Shown: positions 57,685 through 64,000 of the stretch, one piece after another
Layout: each line of letters opens with the position of its first letter
Position numbering within the stretch: the first letter of the stretch is position 1
Assembly: GCA_963798375.1 (NCBI GenBank)
Contig: CAWCTG010000022.1
Location: forward strand, 272,926 to 336,925
Direction: 5' to 3'
Length of the DNA: 64,000 nucleotides
Source of the DNA: Candidatus Binataceae bacterium
GTDB taxonomy: Bacteria > Desulfobacterota > Binatia > Binatales > Binataceae
Notes under the pieces: generated by a model
Databases searched by the model: none
Told to the model about the DNA's origin: nothing
Seen by the model: the letters and a program-made list of their open reading frames with translations, nothing else
Position numbers and translations under genes: made by a program

Positions 57685-58126
57685 TCACGCCGCCTTCAGT
57701 TCCGACGTGCAATGGGGGCATCGCGTGGCGCCGAGCGCGATCGCGCTCAGGCAATACGGACACTCCTTGGTGGTGGGTGGCGCCAGGCTTTTCGCCGACA
57801 AGCTGATTCATCCATTTGACGAGTAGAAAGACCGCGAACGCGATTATCAGGAAGTCGATGATCGTGTTGATGAACAATCCGACGTTCAGCGTCGGCGCGC
57901 CCGCAGCCTTCGCCGCCGCGATGGTCGGGTAATGCGTCGACGAAAGATTGATGAACAGGTTGGAGAAATCGACTGCGCCGAGCGCCAGGCCGATCGGCGG
58001 CATAAGAATGTCGTTGGTGAACGAGGTTACGATTTTCCCGAACGCGGCGCCGACTACGAAGCCGACCGCGAGATCGATTACGCTGCCCTTGATCGCGAAC
58101 TGCTTGAACTCTGAAAGTATCGACAC
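57685..58126 (-). CDS. mscL: Large-conductance mechanosensitive channel with C-terminal CxxC...CxxC tail; apparent frameshift near 57785
   Basis: [28 protein letters not shown] and [10 protein letters not shown]. The shifted frame gives [29 protein letters not shown] ending at 57685. Confidence 0.85.
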
Positions 58127-58232
58127 GATGCGTCCTCCATTAGCCGGTCAGATTGGTGAGGAGCCTCGCTAAGGAAAGCATCGCGGCACGCCGAAGTAAA
58201 CCGGCCGGCAACGCGCGAGCGGTGCGGAGAAA

Positions 58233-58358
58233 CTACAGGGTCTTTACAATAGACGATGACGCGATCTGGGCCATGCCCGCGTTCGCTGCCGCCATTACTG
58301 TTCCAAGCATGATGATGGCGGAAAGGATCGCGGCAAAGATGAAGCCGGCGGTTTTCAT
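58233..58358 (-). CDS. Small hydrophobic peptide (41 aa)
   Basis: AGAGGA RBS then MKTAGFIFAAILSAIIMLGTVMAAANAGMAQIASSSIVKTL*; shorter than any ORF listed in the track. Confidence 0.5.
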   Translation of the reverse strand: MKTAGFIFAAILSAIIMLGTVMAAANAGMAQIASSSIVKTL

Positions 58359-58433
58359 GTGCATTCCTCTAACAAGGAATACGCACGGCGGGACCGTCCG
58401 TTACGCGGAAAAAAGTCCCGTTGCGCTTGGCGA

Positions 58434-59376
58434 TTATGCGGCGGGATCAAGGATATCGGCCCTGCCCCGCGGATCTGCCGCGTCGGCCCTGCCGCCGCTG
58501 CGCCTGGGCGTGCCATGGCGAACGTTGGTGGCGAGGCCGAGCTTCTCGAGCGCCAGGATGAGCACGTAACCGGCGTCGGGCTGGCGCCAGTTCCATCCCA
58601 GACGGGCAGAACCGGGGCGCGCGTGATGGTTGCGATGCCAGTTCTCGCCCTGAAACAGATGCATCAGCGCAAGCCATTTTACGTTGCGGCTGGAATCCTG
58701 GCCCACCGTGATGCCCGGTTCGGTGTGGCAAACGCTGTTGACGAAACATTGCGCGTGCAGTCGCGAAGCACAAGCGAATCGCGCCCAGCCAGAAAAATGC
58801 GGCCGGACTGAAATACAAACCGCCGAGGTATGAGAGCGCGAGGATCGGCGTCTGGAACCATCGCCAGGCCCGATACGAAACTCCGCTGAGATCGGGACAG
58901 TAACGATCGACGGGCATCTCGCCAGCCTGCCAAAGCCATCGTAGATGCGCCCACCAGAAACCGCCCCAAATCGGGCTCGAGATGTCGTCGGGGGTGTCAG
59001 CCTTGGCGTGATGCAGACGATGGCCGGCGGCCCAAGTGGTCGGCGCGCCGGAACCGTTGAACATCGCGAAGAAAATCAGCACTCCGCGCGCCCATGGATT
59101 CAGCGTGAGCGCGCGATGCGTGATCGCGCGATGGTACCCGACCGTGGTGCCCAATCCGCCGATGAATACCAGCGCGATCGCGCCGAGCAACACGCGCCAT
59201 CCGGGAATCGGATAAAGCACCAGTCCAATCGCGGCCGTAATATGAATGAGGCAGACCCACAACAGGATCGAAAGGTCGCGCGCCGACGAGGGCCGCCACC
59301 ATGGCATCTCCCACGGCGCGGTCTTTGTGGTTTTTTCTGTTTTGGTTGTGCTCGTGGTCGTGAAAGCTGCTGCCAT
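58434..59376 (-). pseudogene. Delta-9-type fatty acid (acyl-CoA) desaturase, frameshifted at ~58761
   Basis: His boxes HRAITH and HRLHH lie in one frame, ENWHRNHH in another. Removing one base restores CFALHAQCFVNSVCH. Confidence 0.85.
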
Positions 59377-59672
59377 TCGTCTCTCCACCTATCGTATTTG
59401 CCCACACCACCGCACACGCCGGTTTGGCTGCGCGGATGGTGATGCTTGGGGCGGCAGGCGCGCGTGCGTGCGCATTCCTGAATGCCGCCAGCATCAGCAC
59501 ATTTTCACTTTTCACCGGGATGCCTTCGATTGTAAGGCGCAGAGCGGAATGTGCTTGCCGTCGCGGTCAACCAGATTACCGGATACTGACGCGGTGCGCT
59601 ACCTCCGATTGCATGGGCACGGTCAGGCGCGCTTTGTCATTGGCGAAAGCGTGCGGTATGGATCGAGCCACT

Positions 59673-60554
59673 ATGGCATCACAAGTGAAGCAACGAGTCG
59701 TACGCGCGTCGAACCTGAATTTCACGGTGCTCGAGATGGGCGAAGGACCGCTGGTGCTGTGCCTGCACGGCTTCCCCGACACGGCTCATTCGTTTCGCCA
59801 TCAGATGCCCGCGCTGGCGGCGGCGGGATTCCACTGCGTCGCGCCGTTCATGCGCGGCTACTCGCCCACCGAGCCCGCGCCCGACGGCCGCTACGACTCG
59901 CCGGCGCTGTCGGAGGACGCACTCGCGCTGATTGCGGCGCTCGGCTACAAGGACGCGATCGTGTTCGGCCACGATTGGGGCGCAGTCGCGGCATACGGCG
60001 CCGCGGCGGCCTCGCCGGATCGCATAAGCCGGCTCGTCACGGCGGCAGTCCCGTATGGCTCGAAATTTTTCGAAGCGCTGGTCACCAGCTACGCGCAGCA
60101 GCGCCGCTCCTGGTACATGTTCTTTTTCCAGACGAAAATTGCCGAGGCCGCGATGAGTTTCAACGACTTCGCGTTCCTGGAAAAGTGTTGGGCCGACTGG
60201 TCGCCGGGCTGGAAATGGGCGCGCGAGGACATGGAAGCGCTCAAGCGATGCTTTCGCGCCAAGGGCACGCTCGAGGCGGCCATCGGCTACTATCGCGCCA
60301 CGCTCGGGCCGGTGCTCAGCATGCCGGTCGATCTGAAAGTGCTGGCGGCCGCGATGGGAACGCCGATCAACGTGCCGGCGATGATGCTTCATGGGCGCGA
60401 CGACGGATGCATCGGCGCGGAGTTGCTCGACGGGATGGAGAAGCTGTTCCCGAAGGGATTGAAGATCGAGATCGTGCCGGGCGCCGGGCATTTCGTGCAT
60501 CAGGAGCGCCCCGATCACGTCAATGAACTGATTCTCAAGTTCCTGAAATCCTGA
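59673..60554 (+). CDS. Alpha/beta hydrolase (epoxide hydrolase-like)
   Basis: LHGFPD, RGYSP, GHDWGA, HGRDDG and GHFVHQERP. Confidence 0.92.
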   Translation: MASQVKQRVVRASNLNFTVLEMGEGPLVLCLHGFPDTAHSFRHQMPALAAAGFHCVAPFMRGYSPTEPAPDGRYDSPALSEDALALIAALGYKDAIVFGHDWGAVAAYGAAAASPDRISRLVTAAVPYGSKFFEALVTSYAQQRRSWYMFFFQTKIAEAAMSFNDFAFLEKCWADWSPGWKWAREDMEALKRCFRAKGTLEAAIGYYRATLGPVLSMPVDLKVLAAAMGTPINVPAMMLHGRDDGCIGAELLDGMEKLFPKGLKIEIVPGAGHFVHQERPDHVNELILKFLKS

Positions 60555-60889
60555 GCGGAAACTTTTTGCGTCGTCATCCCGACCGAAGCGCAGCGACCCC
60601 GTCTCTTTTTCTTCGCCGCGTGCCGGTGCACCGCCCTGACCCGAGAGCCTGCATGACCGGATGTTGGCGCTGGTGCCACACGCACTGGCGCCCTCCGGGG
60701 CTAGTGGCGCACAGCTCTCTTACCGCTATGAATTGCCTGTTTTGAAAGTTAAAAATAAAATTACAGCTAATTGCATAAAGATACTTGCTTTGTAATTAAA
60801 TAATAGGTAAAAGCAGGTATCTACATCACTTGGGAGAACATGGCATGCGAGGAGCGAATTGCCAGCAGCAGCGTAGTACATCCGATTAC

Positions 60890-63390
60890 ATGTCGACCGA
60901 ACAATCAGTGACCGAGGCCCATTCGCGTCGCGACACGCGTCGGCGACAGCCGATCGCAATCGTGGCGCTCGGGTGGCCACTCCTGTTTCTCTTAGCGGCG
61001 CTTTCCACGACGGCGTTCGTGCAGCCGGCCGCGGCCGCTACCTGCCCTGCTGGTTATCGCGCGCTGACTTTCACCAACAATTGCGGTTACGACGTGTACC
61101 TCGGCGAGGGTCTCAGCCAGCCGCAGGTTGACGGAACGCCTGTTTGTACCCAGGATTCTGACTGCACCAATGGCACCACAAACCCGAATCTGAAATGCGT
61201 TGCCGACACGTCAGATGCCACAACGGGGGCATGCACGATCACCTGCTCAAAGGATTCAGATTGCGGCCCCAATCAGGTTTGTTTTTCAGGAAACGTTCCT
61301 CCTAGCGCAAACGCCTGGTACGACGTCAATAGCACCAACCCCGTGGGGGAGTGTTGGTTTGCGAACCTGGAGCCTACTCCGCTGTCCGCTCCGGCGCCGA
61401 GTTCCAATTGGGACCTTCCGGCCAACGGTGGACAATCCGTAATCTGCGTTCCCGAGGCTCAAGAAGCATCGGGCAAATCTGCCGAGGGGGCTTCGTGCAC
61501 GCAACCTTCGGATTGCGCAAGCGACAATTGCTACGATGCCATCGCCGGCTATGAGTGCATTGCGGGCGATACGAACTGCACTTGCGGATCCTTGTTTACC
61601 TGGGGCGGCAATTTCTGGGGACGCACAGGCTGCTCGCCTACAAGCGGTGGCTTGACCTGCCAGACCGGAGATTGCGGCGGCGCGGGTAACGGATTGTCTG
61701 GACTACTCGATTGCAGCGGCAACACAGCGAACACGCCGCACGGGCCAGCAAACCCCGCATATGCAGGCGAGTTCACACTTGAGGTTCCGCCCAGCGGCAC
61801 AAGTAACGTTGGCGCGCAAGATTATTACGACACCAGCATGGTCAACGGTTTCAACGTGGGCTTTTCGATGGTACCGGTTTCGGGCACGTATTCACCCGCA
61901 TTTTCTGTTTCAAGTCCTAAGCAATGCGGCCCGGCCGGCGAAACAGTTGATCAGTCCGGCACCGTTACAGCCTGCCCTTTTAACCTGCTTAGCAGCTGTC
62001 CTTCCAGTCTGACCTACAACTCTCCATCGGGTACGCAGTCCGTGGTTGGTTGCTGGGCGCCGACCCAGGCTTGCCTGTCGGGCACTACCACCCAGCAGGC
62101 GGCACTTGGATGCACCGGCAACGTCCCGTTCCTCTGCGCGACAACGTTGGACTGTCCCTATGGGCACCAAGCCACGCCGGAGGGAACACCCACGCCGGAG
62201 CGAACGTTGACCTGCAACATTTCACCGAGCCAGGCATTCGGCCAATGCCAATGCATGCAAGATACCGATTGCCCAAAGGGTTTCACCTGCGAAGGATCCC
62301 CCACGGGTACCTGCACGTATGAGGAAGGCCCGCCCGCAACGTGGGCCGATCTCTATGGGTGCCATAATTTCTACGACTTTTCGCCGTACAATGCCGTGGA
62401 CTACCAATCGTGGTTAACAGGTATCGCTGAGGAAACCGGCATAGTGTGCGGGTGCCCTTCCTGTCAACTGCCGGGGAATGTCTAGCTGACAGCATCAACT
62501 GGGAAAAGGTTCCCGCCGGCAGCACTGGCCCGGTTGCCGCTGCGGCGCCGACCACCTCCGCCGGAGATTTCTATCTCGCTTTCCACAATTCGTGCCCCGT
62601 CGCCTACACTTATCCTTACGACGACGAGGCTGCCAGCTTCGGCTGCACCAATTCGGGAGCGTCGGTAGGCCCGTCGTACAACATCACCTTCTGTCCGGCA
62701 GGATCCGCCGCAACGCCGACCGCAACGCCGACTGCATCGGCAACCATGTCGGCAACCCCGACTGCCACGCCAACAGCGACTCTCACCGCGACACCGACGC
62801 CATCCAAGACCGCCACGCCAACCAGGACCGCGAAGCCCACCAGGACGGCGACGCCGACCAGGACCGCGACACCGAAGCCGACCAAGACCGCGACGCCCAC
62901 CAGGACGGCGACGCCCACCAAGACCGCGACACCGAAGCCGACCAAGACGCCAACCGCCACGCCAACCCCGGTTGCAAAGTGCCCGGTGAACATATACTTG
63001 AGCACCAGTCCCACAGGTACCCTCGCGTTCGGGGATGTCGACGATAAACAATCGGCTACTTTGCCTCTTACCGTCAGCAACGACCTCAGCGACACGCTCA
63101 AGTTGACGACGGCTATAAGTAATTCGGGTGGAACGAAACAGGCGGACGATTTTAAAGTCAACAAAGGCAAGAAGACGGCCGGCACTTGCACGTCGAATCC
63201 TAACCTAGGCGGGAGCAGTTCCTGCGCCTATAACATTACCTTTCAGCCTAAAGGTCATGGCGCCGGGGCCGTGCAAGCGCAATTGACGATCACTGGAAAG
63301 TTCAGCTCCAACGGAAAGACTTGCGAGCAAACCGTCTCGGTGACTTTGGCCGGCGATGCAGAGGCGCCAGCGGAGACGGAGCGGCCGTAA
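60890..63390 (+). CDS. Secreted Cys-rich thaumatin-like protein with Pro/Thr linker and C-terminal Ig-like domain; frameshift at ~62463
   Basis: TFTNNC, NFWGRTGC, CQTGDCG, GEFTL, DYYDTSMVNGFN, then (second frame) CPVAYTYPYDD..SFGC and YNITFCP. Adding one G restores CGCPSWSTAGEC. Confidence 0.85.
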
Positions 63391-63396
63391 TGGTAA

Positions 63397-63435
63397 AATC
63401 GCGGCGTGGCGCTAACCGCGCGCCACGCCGCGATT
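63397..63435. terminator. Perfect 16-bp hairpin after the thaumatin-like gene (possible terminator or stabiliser)
   Basis: aatcgcggcgtggcgc-taaccgc-gcgccacgccgcgatt; no clear U-tract. Confidence 0.5.
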
Positions 63436-63628
63436 AAGCAGAGCGGCGTTTGAGCTCGCCGATGCTTAAGTTCCTGAAATCCTGAGCGGAAACTTTTTGC
63501 GTCGTCCTGAGCGCAGCGAAGGATCTCTCGCGCGCAAGCGCGCGCCCGCGCAGGCAGCAGGCCAGATCAACGACCCGATACTGGAATTCCTGGAATCAGC
63601 ATCCTAAGGTCACTGAGAAGAACGTCAC

Positions 63629-64000
63629 TCAGCCATCGAATCCTAGCCTGTCCGCGATCTGGGTATATCGTTCGGTCCAGTCGCGCAGGGTTCCCATCTT
63701 GCTCGCGACTTCGACCTCATGGCGCTGGATATATTCCCAGATGATCAGCCGGTCGAGCAGCATGTAAAGCGAAAAGCGCTCGCGCAAACCGTGTCGCGGC
63801 GCGCGGAGCTGCAGGTAGGTGGCCAGAAACTCGCGCGCCAGCTCCGGATCCTGATCGAAATATTCGGCCGTTGTCCGCGACAGATCGGTCTCGCCGTCGC
63901 CGAAATAGCATCCCATGAAGTCGAAAGCCCCGCTGACCTGCCATCCATCGGGTGTCCGACTCAGTACTACATTACCTTCCTTGTAGTCCTCCATCGTGAA
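63629..64000 (-). CDS. Aminoglycoside phosphotransferase/choline kinase-like protein, C-terminal part (runs off the window)
   Basis: DYKEGN catalytic-loop-like motif followed by GAFDF...FGDGETDL. Confidence 0.65.
   Translation of the reverse strand, partial: FTMEDYKEGNVVLSRTPDGWQVSGAFDFMGCYFGDGETDLSRTTAEYFDQDPELAREFLATYLQLRAPRHGLRERFSLYMLLDRLIIWEYIQRHEVEVASKMGTLRDWTERYTQIADRLGFDG

Larger units (their letters stand above)
60537..63506. mobile_element. ~2.9-kb cassette bounded by an exact 39-bp direct repeat (60537-60575 and 63468-63506)
   Basis: aagttcctgaaatcctgagcggaaactttttgcgtcgtc occurs twice and includes the hydrolase stop codon. No recombinase is encoded inside. Confidence 0.7.

Overview
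This GC-rich bacterial window has gene content and Thr/Ala/Pro-linker surface proteins that suggest a soil Candidatus Binatia (Binatota)-like organism; the taxonomy is inference only. Positions 2.5-30 kb hold a single minus-strand Wzx/Wzy-type surface-polysaccharide locus: Wza/SLBB exporter, lytic transglycosylase, Wzi, AsnB-type amidotransferase, small phosphoglycosyl transferase, E1 alpha/beta pair, two aminotransferases, Wzz, Wzx, sulfotransferase, Wzy, five class I methyltransferases plus TylF, GT2, GT9 and a PglF/WbpM dehydratase. Three paralogues of an uncharacterised secreted Cys-rich protein bracket the locus. Two of them point outwards and share near-identical DNA, and one sits behind a duplicated sigma70-like promoter/leader. 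From 32 to 64 kb are mostly housekeeping genes (TPP enzyme, LplA, F420-type PPOX, M24 peptidase, HAD, GST, zwf, fatty-acid oxidation pair, PhzF, waaF, lpxD, alkA, RidA, mscL, desaturase, hydrolase), interrupted by accessory DNA. The most striking pattern is that four separate accessory segments are bracketed by direct duplications of the neighbouring gene's terminal 18-50 bp: an HEPN-like gene pair, a G-rich scar, a thaumatin-like gene and a methyltransferase. Two of these sites lie next to REP/BIME-like palindromes, and no integrase or transposase is present in the window. There is also a UxxC peroxiredoxin-like selenoprotein with a canonical-looking SECIS hairpin. Five genes carry apparent single frameshifts (wzy, wzx, mscL, desaturase, thaumatin-like), which may be sequence errors. 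No rRNA, tRNA or CRISPR array was seen.
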